Shown in pieces: positions 35,852 to 45,302 of a stretch of 64,000 bases of DNA (its first letter is position 1; every line of letters begins with the position of its first letter). This DNA is from a bacterium. Its GTDB lineage: Bacteria; JAAXHH01. The translations under genes and the position numbers were made by a program. The stretch lies in contig OZ241838.1 of NCBI GenBank assembly GCA_965202605.1, positions 815,817-879,816 of the forward strand, given 5' to 3'. Under the pieces are notes generated by a model, which saw nothing but the letters and a program-made list of their open reading frames with translations, was not told where the DNA came from and ran no database searches.

Positions 35852-37723
35852 TCAGGGCATCAGGGGATGGCGCTCGGTCAGTTCCCGGATTTTACGGCGT
35901 GCGGCGTCGTTGTTGAAGTGGTCGGGGTGGGAGGCGAGCAGGGTCTCGTATTCCGTGAGCGCCTTGGGAACATCGCCGATCTTCCTTTCGAAGATCTCGG
36001 CAATCCGCCACCGGGCGGTGACGACGCGGCGGCTGTCCGGGTGTCTCTCAATCAGGTCGCGCAGGGCCGCGACGGCCTGGTACGGCTTGCCCGACTGATC
36101 GAGTATCAGACCGATGTCCAGGATTACGGTGTCCACGATCAGGCTTTCGGTGTTTTCCTCGACAAACCGTTTGCAGGCTTCCAGGGCATCCCGGTCCCTG
36201 AACTGACGACGCAGCAGCACCGACCGGATGTATCTCGCAAATGATGGGTCTCCGCCCTGCCGGCCTTCCCCGATCAGGATGGTCCACTCCAGCGCGTCGT
36301 TGGCATAGGGGCTGTCCGGATAGCGGTCGGCCGTCTCGTGGAACCGTTCGAGGGCCTCGTCCAGGCGTCCCTGGAAGAGGGCCAGTTCACCCAGGTGGAA
36401 TCTAACCCGCGCCCGGGTTTCGGCTTCCTGGAATCCGGATCCGGGTTCGTGGATGCGGTTGTACTGGGCGAGTGCGTCTTCGAGGCTGCCCAGGACCACG
36501 TAACACTCCGCGATGCCGAACATGGCCTGCTCGCGGAACTCCGTTGCCGGCGCGTGGGCCAGAAGCGACCGGTACGTGTCGAGGGCCTGTCGCGCGTCCT
36601 GGAAGTGGGCGAGGTAGAGCCCCGCCAGACGGACCGTCGCCTCTTCGCGGTACCTGGTTTCCGGATACTGCGCTATGACCTCCCGGTAAGCCCCGGCAGC
36701 CTGGTCCATACTGCCGGCCTCCTGATACGCCCTGGCAAGACCGGCGAATGCTTCGGCGCGCACGGTATCCGGCGCGGACCGCCGGATGAGTTCCTGGTAG
36801 GTATCGATGGCGTCTTGCGTATGGCCTTCCCGCAGCGCCCATTCGGCGAACCGGACCAGGTATTCGCCGCTGGACCCGTCCAGCCGGTCGGCTTCGCGGT
36901 ACTCGGCCAAGGCCTCCCTGGGTTTGTCGTATCGGAGAAAGAAGCTCCCGAGGAGGTTGCGGGCGTCCTTGCTGCCGCGGTGTCCCGTTACCGCTTTTCG
37001 CAGTGCCTCTTCCACGATTTCCCGGCTTCCCATCACGGTGAGTTGATCGATCCGGTCGCTGACCACGCTTTGCTGGTTGGGTTTCGATACCAACCACCGG
37101 ACATATTCGCTGACGGCGCCGGGTATGTCGAACTCGTTGGTATAGAGACTGGCGAGATTAAAGGCAAAGGCATCCGGTTCCCCCAGTCTGTCCCGCCCGG
37201 AAAGGTAGGTTTGAATCGCCCTGTCGTACGCCTGCCTGTCGATATGTAAAAAGGCGATCTGGTGTACGGCAGCTTCGTCCTGTGGAAAGAGATCAAGGAG
37301 GATTCGGATCTGTTCTTCCGCTTCGTCGTCCCGGCCGCTGCCGAAGAGCGCCTCGGCGAGCCTGCTGCGGAGTCCGATGTCGTCGGGCAATCGTCGTATA
37401 TGGGTTTCGAGCAAAGGGATCGCCTTGTTAAAGGCTTCCAGCCGAAAGTACAGGCGAAGGACCCCATTGAGGGCGGGCCTGTTGTCCGGAGCCTCCTGCA
37501 GTATCCTTTCAAACAGGGCGGCCGCCCTGTCATACTGCCTGAGACGTTCCAGCGTCCTGGCCTGCTCGATCCGGCGGCTCAGATCGGCGGACCGGCTGTA
37601 CTGCCCCTCCGCACTCGGGGGCGTGAGAAAAAGGACCGTCAGCAACGCGACAAGGATCCCGTTTGCCCGAGATGCGATTCTGAGGGGTGCATTGCGCATG
37701 TACGATGTTGAACGGGGATTCAC
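35852..37723 (-). CDS. Tetratricopeptide-repeat protein, secreted or periplasmic
   Basis: There is a signal-peptide-like N-terminus and multiple TPR-like AxxYxxLG... helices. The product is about 620 aa. Confidence 0.8.
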   Translation of the reverse strand: MNPRSTSYMRNAPLRIASRANGILVALLTVLFLTPPSAEGQYSRSADLSRRIEQARTLERLRQYDRAAALFERILQEAPDNRPALNGVLRLYFRLEAFNKAIPLLETHIRRLPDDIGLRSRLAEALFGSGRDDEAEEQIRILLDLFPQDEAAVHQIAFLHIDRQAYDRAIQTYLSGRDRLGEPDAFAFNLASLYTNEFDIPGAVSEYVRWLVSKPNQQSVVSDRIDQLTVMGSREIVEEALRKAVTGHRGSKDARNLLGSFFLRYDKPREALAEYREADRLDGSSGEYLVRFAEWALREGHTQDAIDTYQELIRRSAPDTVRAEAFAGLARAYQEAGSMDQAAGAYREVIAQYPETRYREEATVRLAGLYLAHFQDARQALDTYRSLLAHAPATEFREQAMFGIAECYVVLGSLEDALAQYNRIHEPGSGFQEAETRARVRFHLGELALFQGRLDEALERFHETADRYPDSPYANDALEWTILIGEGRQGGDPSFARYIRSVLLRRQFRDRDALEACKRFVEENTESLIVDTVILDIGLILDQSGKPYQAVAALRDLIERHPDSRRVVTARWRIAEIFERKIGDVPKALTEYETLLASHPDHFNNDAARRKIRELTERHPLMP

Positions 37724-37732
37724 GCGTGTTTC

Positions 37733-40700
37733 CTAGTTCACGACCGGAACGTCTGAAAGTGCGCGGAAATAAGCGCGTATGAGCGCTTCGTATTCGCGGG
37801 GATAGTTGCCTTCTCCGATACCACGCAGAATATCGTCACGCTGGACGCGGTCGAATCCGGTCAGGTCATCCGGCAGGTCGTCCGGCGAAGGACGGTTCGC
37901 CAGGTCCTCGCCCGGCGCCGCCCGGCGCCTTTCCTCACGATTCTGTCCTCGAATGGACCGCGAGGCGTCCAGCAGCCTGGACAGGATCCGCTGCTGGCGC
38001 TCCACCAGGGCGGGGTCGATCTGATACTGTTGCAGCTCACGCACCGTCTCTTCCATCTCTCTTTCGATTTCCTGTAACCGGCCAAGTACCTGGTCCTGCT
38101 GGTCCCGCTGCTCCCGCCGCAGTTGTTCGAGGCTCTTGCGCAGCGCGTCCTGCCGGGCCGCCAGTCTGGATACCTGCGCCTGCGTCTCCAGGTCCATGCT
38201 CCCGTCCGATGCGTTCATCATCTGGTTCATCTGGTCGTTGATTCCGGTCTGTTGCCGCGCCATGCCTCTCAGGCGTTCGATGAGATCCATCATGCCGGAG
38301 GACGATCCCGAGTTCGCCATGTTCCGCATGGCCCGCTGCAAAGCCAGCACCGTTTCATTCAGGGACTTCATGGCGACCAATTGCTCCTCCGAGGCGGTAT
38401 CGCGTGCTTGCTCGGTCAGGTGGCCCTCCGCGCGCTGCATGCTGTTCAGGGTTTCTCCCAGCGCCCGGCCGATGGAAGGCGAGATGAACAAGGTCTTCTG
38501 CGCGATGGCGACGATGTCGTTGGCAACAAGCGATGCGCCGTTCAGGAGTCCTTTCTGGTCCTCGGCGAGCAAAGCTATGCGGGTGTCGGACCCGCCCGGG
38601 TTATGGGTGCGCCCGTTGAGGGTCTCCTGGCCCACCGAGAGATCGACAAGCCGATGCATGGCCCGGCGCATTTCCCCGGCGATTTCCCGCATCTGGTCTT
38701 CCTGGAGTTGATCCTGGATCTCCTGCAGTTGCTGATTGAGTCCGGAAAGCGCCTGGGACATCCTCCGCTGGCCTTCCATCGCCTGTTGCATCCGGCCGAC
38801 CTGCAACTGTCTGGAGATCTGATCCATGTTTTCCGTCATTTCCTGGCGGCCCATTTCCCTGGAAGCCTCGCGCACACCTTCGGCGGGCATATCCCGGAAC
38901 TCATCCATGGCGCGGGCCAGACTTTCCAGGTCATGCTGCAAGGCTCCCGTGTCTTGGCCCAGTTGCTGCTGCTTTGCCGCAAGTTCTTCTCCCTCTTTAC
39001 TATCCGACATGTTCTCCGCTGCATAGCGCAACTCGTCCTGCCGCACAGCGAGGTCCCGGGTCTGCCGGACGGCGGCCGTCAACAACTGCTCCGCCCGAAT
39101 GCGTTTCAGAATGGCCAGGCTGCGCTCCAGGCGTTTCAGAAACTCCTCCTGCTCGAATTCGAAGGCTTCCATCGACTCCTTCAACTGCCCGTTGTCGAAC
39201 GACTGCAGGGCCTGTTTCAGTTCCTGCATGGCTTTCAACAGCTCGGGCGTGGCGATCTCCTGAAACAGCTTCCTGAGCTGATCCATGCTGTCGATGAGTT
39301 CCTGGCTCGGTGAATCGTGGTCTTCCAGTTTTTCCATGGTCGCCTTCACCGCTTCGGCTGCCCTGAGGAGCTCGTCGGTTGCTTCTTCCTGGCCGGCCAG
39401 AACGGATTCGATTTCCTTTTTCTGTTCCCAGGTCAGTTCCTGCACCTGATTCCCTTCGGCTTCTTCCCTCGCCTGCCGCTCGAGGGTCCGATTCAGTGCT
39501 TCGATTTTCTTTTGCGTTTCTTCCTGCTCTTCCAGCATGTCCTCCATGTCCGAAACCTGCTGTTCCTGTGTATCGTCGATCTCGTCGTAAATCTCTTCCA
39601 GGGAAGGAAACCGCAGCGTGTAGGTCCGGCTCACCGCCCGTTTCGGCCCCGATATCGTGTCGTTGTCGTACAATTCTATCCGATAGGAGACCACGTCCTC
39701 GGGGAACAGGTTCTCATTTGACAGATCCCATACGAAAGGCTGCGACATCGCCGTGGATTCCAGGTCCACGGGGATGGACCTGCTCCGCTCCTCGCCTGCG
39801 GGTTCCTTTCTATAGACGAGGTTCATTCTGGAGAACCCGAAGTCGTCCGTACCGGATACCAGAAATGAAACGACCATGTTCTCCGTGAGGTCGGTATCCC
39901 GGCCGGGGGACAGGACCCGGAGGGACGGCATGCGGTCCGGAAGCGCAATGATCCGGTACCAGGGGGGATCCACGCTTTCATGACCGTCCGCGTTACGTAA
40001 CGTGATGCGGTAGCGCTGATCGGTTTCCACGGTGAGAGAGCCCGTGGCCGTGTCGTTCGCAACCGTCATGGCTGTCGGCCGGTCGGCGTTCTCCAGGTGG
40101 AGCGCCGCTTCGGACAGGTCCCGGTTCGCGTCATCGGCGGCCAGGTCCACGCGAGTCCCCCTAAGCGCGACGATGTCTCCACCTTCGGTCGTGGTTCTCG
40201 GCTCCAGTCCGGTGTAGGCGGGATAGTGATAGGTCAGACGTAAAGCTCCGAGAAAGGGACGATCGATGGTGTTTATGCGAAACGGATGGCTGACCGCGTC
40301 GCCGGCTTCGATTTCGTAGGTCAGGCTTTCTCTGATTTCGCGCAGGGTATGGGCGTACGAAGCCGGAGCCGAGGCCCGCATGTCGAATGAATTCCACTGT
40401 CCCCCGTCCGCCGCCAGACGCAGCACGGCCCGATCGGGTATCTCGCCGGTCGCTTCGGCCGTTATGGTGACCTGGTCGCCCGACGTTACTTCCACGTCTC
40501 CCGGCAGAACGCGCAGAAACGTGCGTTGCGGAGGCTGGAAATGGGTCAGGGGGCTTGCCAGTCGGGTCAGGGCGCCGGTAAGCGGCTCGCCGCAGGCGGC
40601 CATCGCAACGAGGACGAGCAGCACGGCGATGCCGAATCCCTGGGCGGGGCGGACGATCCGGTGTCTTTGATCCGCTTCGTTGAAGTCCACCGACCGGGTC

Positions 40701-41116
40701 CGTTCCGCGGCATCTGCTATGGCCGCGTCCAGGAGTTCGGGGGAGGCTTTGGATCCCGCTTCCCGTTGCCGGGAGAGTTGCAAGGCCACGGTGACCCTGT
40801 CGTGCAGGTCAGGGTACTGTCGATCCACCCGCCGCGCGAGATCCCGGTCTGCAATACCCCCTCTGAAGCGTCCAAGACAGCGCCAGCACAACAGGCCGGC
40901 GAGGAGGACGAAGCACGCCGGGATAAAGGCCAGGCGAACCGCTGATTCGAGATACAGGAAGGACTCGAGGACGGCGAGGGAAAGCACGAGGACGCATGCC
41001 AGCGCGCCCGCGGTGAACAGCCCTTCGACGACGGCGACCCGACGGCTGCGGATTCGAAGTGCGTGAAGCCGGTCTCTCAGCGCGTGCCAGGCGGAAGGGG
41101 AAGGTTTACTCGGCAC
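37733..41116 (-). CDS. Large (1127 aa) membrane-anchored protein with a long central Q/E-rich coiled coil (DUF4175-like?)
   Basis: The N-terminus has two TM helices. A roughly 400-aa coiled-coil region (EEQEETQKKIEALNRTLERQ...) follows, then a C-terminal conserved region. The family assignment is tentative. Confidence 0.65.
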   Translation of the reverse strand: MPSKPSPSAWHALRDRLHALRIRSRRVAVVEGLFTAGALACVLVLSLAVLESFLYLESAVRLAFIPACFVLLAGLLCWRCLGRFRGGIADRDLARRVDRQYPDLHDRVTVALQLSRQREAGSKASPELLDAAIADAAERTRSVDFNEADQRHRIVRPAQGFGIAVLLVLVAMAACGEPLTGALTRLASPLTHFQPPQRTFLRVLPGDVEVTSGDQVTITAEATGEIPDRAVLRLAADGGQWNSFDMRASAPASYAHTLREIRESLTYEIEAGDAVSHPFRINTIDRPFLGALRLTYHYPAYTGLEPRTTTEGGDIVALRGTRVDLAADDANRDLSEAALHLENADRPTAMTVANDTATGSLTVETDQRYRITLRNADGHESVDPPWYRIIALPDRMPSLRVLSPGRDTDLTENMVVSFLVSGTDDFGFSRMNLVYRKEPAGEERSRSIPVDLESTAMSQPFVWDLSNENLFPEDVVSYRIELYDNDTISGPKRAVSRTYTLRFPSLEEIYDEIDDTQEQQVSDMEDMLEEQEETQKKIEALNRTLERQAREEAEGNQVQELTWEQKKEIESVLAGQEEATDELLRAAEAVKATMEKLEDHDSPSQELIDSMDQLRKLFQEIATPELLKAMQELKQALQSFDNGQLKESMEAFEFEQEEFLKRLERSLAILKRIRAEQLLTAAVRQTRDLAVRQDELRYAAENMSDSKEGEELAAKQQQLGQDTGALQHDLESLARAMDEFRDMPAEGVREASREMGRQEMTENMDQISRQLQVGRMQQAMEGQRRMSQALSGLNQQLQEIQDQLQEDQMREIAGEMRRAMHRLVDLSVGQETLNGRTHNPGGSDTRIALLAEDQKGLLNGASLVANDIVAIAQKTLFISPSIGRALGETLNSMQRAEGHLTEQARDTASEEQLVAMKSLNETVLALQRAMRNMANSGSSSGMMDLIERLRGMARQQTGINDQMNQMMNASDGSMDLETQAQVSRLAARQDALRKSLEQLRREQRDQQDQVLGRLQEIEREMEETVRELQQYQIDPALVERQQRILSRLLDASRSIRGQNREERRRAAPGEDLANRPSPDDLPDDLTGFDRVQRDDILRGIGEGNYPREYEALIRAYFRALSDVPVVN

Positions 41117-41182
41117 GGTCAGTCCTTGGCGTGCAAAGGCCCGCCAGTGTGATATGCGGTCCGGTGTTCCCGCCGAAACAGG

Positions 41183-42805
41183 TTACTGCTGCACCAGCAT
41201 CTCGTGGGAGTAAAACAGTTGCCTGGCCTGCTGGAGCTGATCGTCGCCGGCCGCGGCCACGCGGCTGGCTTCCTCGTCGCCCCAGAGATTTCGGGCAAGA
41301 GACCGCTTCAGCTGAAGCTCGATGACGTCCAGGTCCGCGTTGAACTCGTCTTCTGTGAACGACAGGCCCGAATCCCGAACCTGGGCCTTAAACGCTTCCA
41401 GCATGGCGTCGTCGATTTCGAACTCGCTCAGGAAGGTGTCGAAGTCATCCTTGAGATCCTGCCGGGTCACCCCGTAGGTGTTCGCGAACTCGAAACAGGC
41501 CCGGTCGAAGGGTACCCAGCCCCGGTACTTGCCGATTACGAAGGGGTACTTGCGTTTCGGCGTCTTGAGCAGTACGTCGGGAGATATGCCGCCGTCTCCA
41601 TAGACCGTCCGCCCCCCGGCGGTGGTGAAAACCGGACGTTCGGCTTCTGATGCCGGTTCCTCGTCGTTCGCCGCCTCGCCGGATTCGGTGAAAGACCCTT
41701 CGATATATTCCTCGAAGGACTTGTTCTTGTAGTCTCGCTGGATCATGCGTCCGCTTGGCGTGTAGTACCGGGCCGTCGTAAGTTTAAGCGCGGACCCGTC
41801 CGTCAGGTGCGGTTCCGCGAAGAGGGTCTGCACAAGGCCCTTGCCGAAGCTGCGGGTTCCGGCAATCACGCCCCGGTCCCAGTCCTGCACGGCGCCGGCC
41901 ACGATTTCGGATGCCGAGGCAGAACGGTGGTCCAGTAGAACCACCAGGGGCATGCCGCGGTGGTTCACGCCGCTCAGCGATTTGAACGTCTGGTTCGAGC
42001 TCCTGTTCCTGCCCATGGTTTTGACGATAACGTGGCCTTCGGGAATGAACTTGCTGGACACCTCCACCGCCTGGTCCAGGTAACCGCCCGAATTGCCCCT
42101 CAAATCGAGAACCAGCCGCTCCATGCCATCCTGCTGGAGCTTGTCCAGCGCGGTCTCCAGTTCACGCGAAGTGGTTTTGGCGAACCGGATCAACTGGATG
42201 TAGCCCGTATGGTCTTCCAGCATGATGGCCGTCCGAACGCTGCGTATGGGTATGCGATCGCGGGTGATCGTTACGTCGAACCGATCGTCGACACCGGTCC
42301 GATCGATGGTTACGTCCACCCGGGTCCCTTTCTCTCCACGGAGCTTCTGCCTTACTTCGTCGTGCTTTATGCCGATCGCGGATTCCCCGTCGATCCGGAT
42401 GATGCGATCTCCGGACTGCAGTCCAACGGCCTCCGACGGCGATCCGTCGATCACGGAAATCACGTACAGGTATCCGTCCAGGACGTCGAACTCGATCCCG
42501 ATGCCGTAGAACTTTCCACTGAAGCGTTCTCCCATTTCGGCGAAGCTTTCCTTGCTCAGGAAACTGGAATGCGGATCAAGCACCTCGAGCATGCCGTCGA
42601 TCGCGGCGTAGATCAACTCGCCGGGCTGTACTTCCTCCACGTAGTTGTCGTTGACCAGGTTGAGCACCCCCATCAAAAGCTTGGTGCTGGAAAAGATGTT
42701 GTCTGCCGCGTATATCGTCCTGTTGGCCGCGCTTCCCAGCAGGAACGAACCGGCCGCGACAAAAACCAGCAGGATGACGTATTTCGGTTTCCTCAAGATC
42801 GACAT
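41183..42805 (-). CDS. ctpA: Carboxy-terminal processing protease (S41 peptidase) with a PDZ domain
   Basis: The PDZ segment is GLQSGDRIIRIDG. The active-site region is GNSGGYL...SASASE. The start was taken at MSIL, which follows an AAGGAG ribosome-binding site. Confidence 0.9.
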   Translation of the reverse strand: MSILRKPKYVILLVFVAAGSFLLGSAANRTIYAADNIFSSTKLLMGVLNLVNDNYVEEVQPGELIYAAIDGMLEVLDPHSSFLSKESFAEMGERFSGKFYGIGIEFDVLDGYLYVISVIDGSPSEAVGLQSGDRIIRIDGESAIGIKHDEVRQKLRGEKGTRVDVTIDRTGVDDRFDVTITRDRIPIRSVRTAIMLEDHTGYIQLIRFAKTTSRELETALDKLQQDGMERLVLDLRGNSGGYLDQAVEVSSKFIPEGHVIVKTMGRNRSSNQTFKSLSGVNHRGMPLVVLLDHRSASASEIVAGAVQDWDRGVIAGTRSFGKGLVQTLFAEPHLTDGSALKLTTARYYTPSGRMIQRDYKNKSFEEYIEGSFTESGEAANDEEPASEAERPVFTTAGGRTVYGDGGISPDVLLKTPKRKYPFVIGKYRGWVPFDRACFEFANTYGVTRQDLKDDFDTFLSEFEIDDAMLEAFKAQVRDSGLSFTEDEFNADLDVIELQLKRSLARNLWGDEEASRVAAAGDDQLQQARQLFYSHEMLVQQ

Positions 42806-43008
42806 ATGGCCAGACTCCTTCATCCCAGTCTTCCGTCCGGAATTCAATTGGGTTCGCACCCGGGTTCGCACCGGAATCGTCTTACCGGAGGTATGGTAAG
42901 GGGAGGTCGTGTACTTAAATCGAAAACACCTACGTAATACTAACGCGAATACGTTTGATGTCAATGGTTTTCGGGGAATTACGCAACGGTGTTTTCTCGG
43001 TTCCCGCC

Positions 43009-43037
43009 TTGACACTTCCCCTGCGTTTCGTTATTTT
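43009..43037 (+). promoter_or_regulatory. Sigma70-like promoter candidate (TTGACA-17-TATTTT) in the ctpA / purD divergent region
   Basis: TTGACA lies at 43009-43014 and TATTTT at 43032-43037. It would give a roughly 240-nt leader before purD. Confidence 0.3.
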
Positions 43038-43283
43038 TTCCGATCTCGTAGATCATCACAAACCAGGTGCCCGGTGTCGATTCCATCCGGTCCTGCGGTC
43101 ACCTCCGATTCCGTCGGCACAACTGGTTTACATACAGTATGGACGCCCGGTTCTTTCAAAGGTTTCACCATACATCTGACCAAACACCGACCGAATGCGA
43201 ACGGATCATCTCCCGCTTCGCCGGTGCCGCATTGAATCGGTTTGCCGGTTGATCGGCGCGCGGCCACGTAATCCGGAGACCTC

Positions 43284-44561
43284 ATGAACGTGCTTGTCGT
43301 TGGCAAGGGAGGAAGAGAACATACGCTGGCCTGGGCGCTCCGGCGGTCCGCCCTTGTGGAAAACCTGTACGCGGCGCCGGGAAATCCGGGTATCGCGGCC
43401 CTCGGAGACTGCGTTTCCATCGCGCCGGAGGATGCGGGCGGAATCGCCGGTTTCGCCCGCGACAACGGCGTCGACCTGGTGGTGGTCGGTCCGGACGGCG
43501 CGCTGGAAGCCGGGGTGGTGGACGCCGTGGAAAGCCTGGGCGTCAGGGCCTTTGGCCCGACCCGGGCGGCCGCCGAAATCGAATGGAGCAAGGTCTTTTC
43601 CAAGCAGATGATGCGGGAAGAGGGCATCCCCACGGCCGCCTTTGCCGTGTTTTCTGAAGTAGACGCGGCGCGCGCGTACGTGAAGGAACTGGGCGCGCCG
43701 ATCGTCGTCAAGGCGGACGGACTGGCTGCCGGCAAGGGTGTCCTGGTATGCCACACCGTGGAGGAAGCCATGCAGGCGCTCGACGGCGTGATGACCGACA
43801 GGCTTTTCGGCGATGCCGGACGCCATGTGGTCATCGAGGCTTTCATGGAGGGCGAGGAGGCGTCCGTATTCGCGATTACCGACGGCGAAGAGGTCATGCC
43901 GCTGGTCCCGTCGCAGGACCACAAGCCCATCTACGAAGGCGATACGGGGCCGAATACAGGGGGCATGGGCGCCTACGCGCCGGCGCCGCTCATCGATGAG
44001 CGCACGTTGGGGGACGTCCGGGAAGGGATCATCGAACCGGCGGTCCGGGGCATGAAGAAACGCGGCCGGCCTTTCCGGGGCGTGTTGTACTGCGGCCTCA
44101 TGATGACCGCCGAGGGGCCGATGGTCGTCGAATTCAACAGCCGGTTCGGCGATCCCGAGGCCCAGGTCATTCTTCCTCTTCTCGAAGACGACTTCGCGGA
44201 ACTGGCGTATGATGTCGCCGGGGGCAGGCTGCCTTCCAGGCCCCTGACCTGGAAGCGCAAGGCCGCGACCTGCGTCGTGGTAGCCTCCGGTGGATATCCC
44301 GGATCATACAAGGACGGCAAGGAAATACATGGCCTGGACGCGCTGGACGCCATGGACGAGGTCATCGTCTTCCATGCCGGAACGGCCGTGAAGGACGGGA
44401 GACCGGTAACCCACGGCGGGCGGGTCCTGGGCGTGACGGCCCTGGCCGACGATCTCCGGGGTTCCATCGACCGGGCCTACGAGGCGGTGGACCGGATACG
44501 TTTCGACAACCGTTATTTCCGCGGGGACATTGGCGAGAAGGGCTTGCGCCGGATCGCCTGA
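43284..44561 (+). CDS. purD: Phosphoribosylamine--glycine ligase
   Basis: VLVVGKGGREHTLAW is the PurD N-terminus. The ATP-grasp domain is present. The product is 425 aa. Confidence 0.95.
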   Translation: MNVLVVGKGGREHTLAWALRRSALVENLYAAPGNPGIAALGDCVSIAPEDAGGIAGFARDNGVDLVVVGPDGALEAGVVDAVESLGVRAFGPTRAAAEIEWSKVFSKQMMREEGIPTAAFAVFSEVDAARAYVKELGAPIVVKADGLAAGKGVLVCHTVEEAMQALDGVMTDRLFGDAGRHVVIEAFMEGEEASVFAITDGEEVMPLVPSQDHKPIYEGDTGPNTGGMGAYAPAPLIDERTLGDVREGIIEPAVRGMKKRGRPFRGVLYCGLMMTAEGPMVVEFNSRFGDPEAQVILPLLEDDFAELAYDVAGGRLPSRPLTWKRKAATCVVVASGGYPGSYKDGKEIHGLDALDAMDEVIVFHAGTAVKDGRPVTHGGRVLGVTALADDLRGSIDRAYEAVDRIRFDNRYFRGDIGEKGLRRIA

Positions 44562-44571
44562 CCCGCATAAT

Positions 44572-44625
44572 CCGCCTGGTCCGCCAGTCCCGCCTGGTCC
44601 GCCAGCCCCGCCTGGTCCGCCAGTG
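44572..44625. repeat. 18-bp perfect tandem repeat (CCGCCTGGTCCGCCAGYC), 3 copies, in the tsaC 5' leader. Each unit is itself two 9-mers of form CCGCCNGNN.
   Basis: ccgcctggtccgccagtc, ccgcctggtccgccagcc and ccgcctggtccgccagtg follow in sequence and end 11 nt before the tsaC ATG. Confidence 0.85.
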
Positions 44626-44636
44626 GGTAGGATGAC

Positions 44637-45269
44637 ATGAGAGTGCAGAACATCGATCCGGTTCGACCGGACGAGACCATACTCCAGGAGGCCGCGGACA
44701 TTATCCGGGACGGCGGTCTCGTGGCCTTTCCTACCGAGACGGTCTACGGTATCGGCGCGGACGGAACCAGTCCTGCCGCTATCCGGCGGATTTACGAGGC
44801 CAAGGGTCGTCCTGAATCGAAACCGATCCTGGTACTCGTTTCCGGCAGGCGAGACCTCGACCGCCTGGTCAGGTGCATCCCCGGGCGTGTTCATGCGTTG
44901 ATGGACGCCTGCTGGCCCGGACCGCTGACGCTGGTCCTTCCCGCCCTGGAAAGCGTGCCCCGGGAATTGTTGGGCCAGGGTACCACGATCGGGGTCAGAC
45001 ACAGCGGCGCCGCGATCGCCGGTGCGCTCTGCCGGGCGGCGGGGGGACCCGTTACGGCGCCCAGCGCCAACCGCTCCGGCGAGCCGGAGCCCCTTACGGC
45101 AGCAGACGTGGCCGACCAGTTGGGCGACGGGGTAGACCTGATCCTCGACGGGGGACGCTCGCCCTCGGACCAGCCCTCAACGGTCGTTGACGTATCTACC
45201 GGAACCCCGCGGCTCATCCGGGCGGGGTGTACGCCCTTTGACCGAGTCACGGAAATCTGGCGCGATTGA
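44637..45269 (+). CDS. tsaC: L-threonylcarbamoyladenylate synthase (TsaC/YrdC/Sua5 family)
   Basis: FPTETVYGIGAD and SANRSG are YrdC-domain signatures. The product is 210 aa. Confidence 0.9.
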   Translation: MRVQNIDPVRPDETILQEAADIIRDGGLVAFPTETVYGIGADGTSPAAIRRIYEAKGRPESKPILVLVSGRRDLDRLVRCIPGRVHALMDACWPGPLTLVLPALESVPRELLGQGTTIGVRHSGAAIAGALCRAAGGPVTAPSANRSGEPEPLTAADVADQLGDGVDLILDGGRSPSDQPSTVVDVSTGTPRLIRAGCTPFDRVTEIWRD

Positions 45270-45302
45270 ACGGCGCCGGAGGATTCCGGCCGGGGAGAAC
45301 AG

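Noticed and set aside
43038-43283. Purine or ZTP riboswitch in the long leader upstream of purD
   Set aside because: There is no UUUCUACC/CCGUAAAU-type purine aptamer core and no GGGUCGUGAC...CCGCCUGGGCA ZTP (pfl) signature in the sequence.
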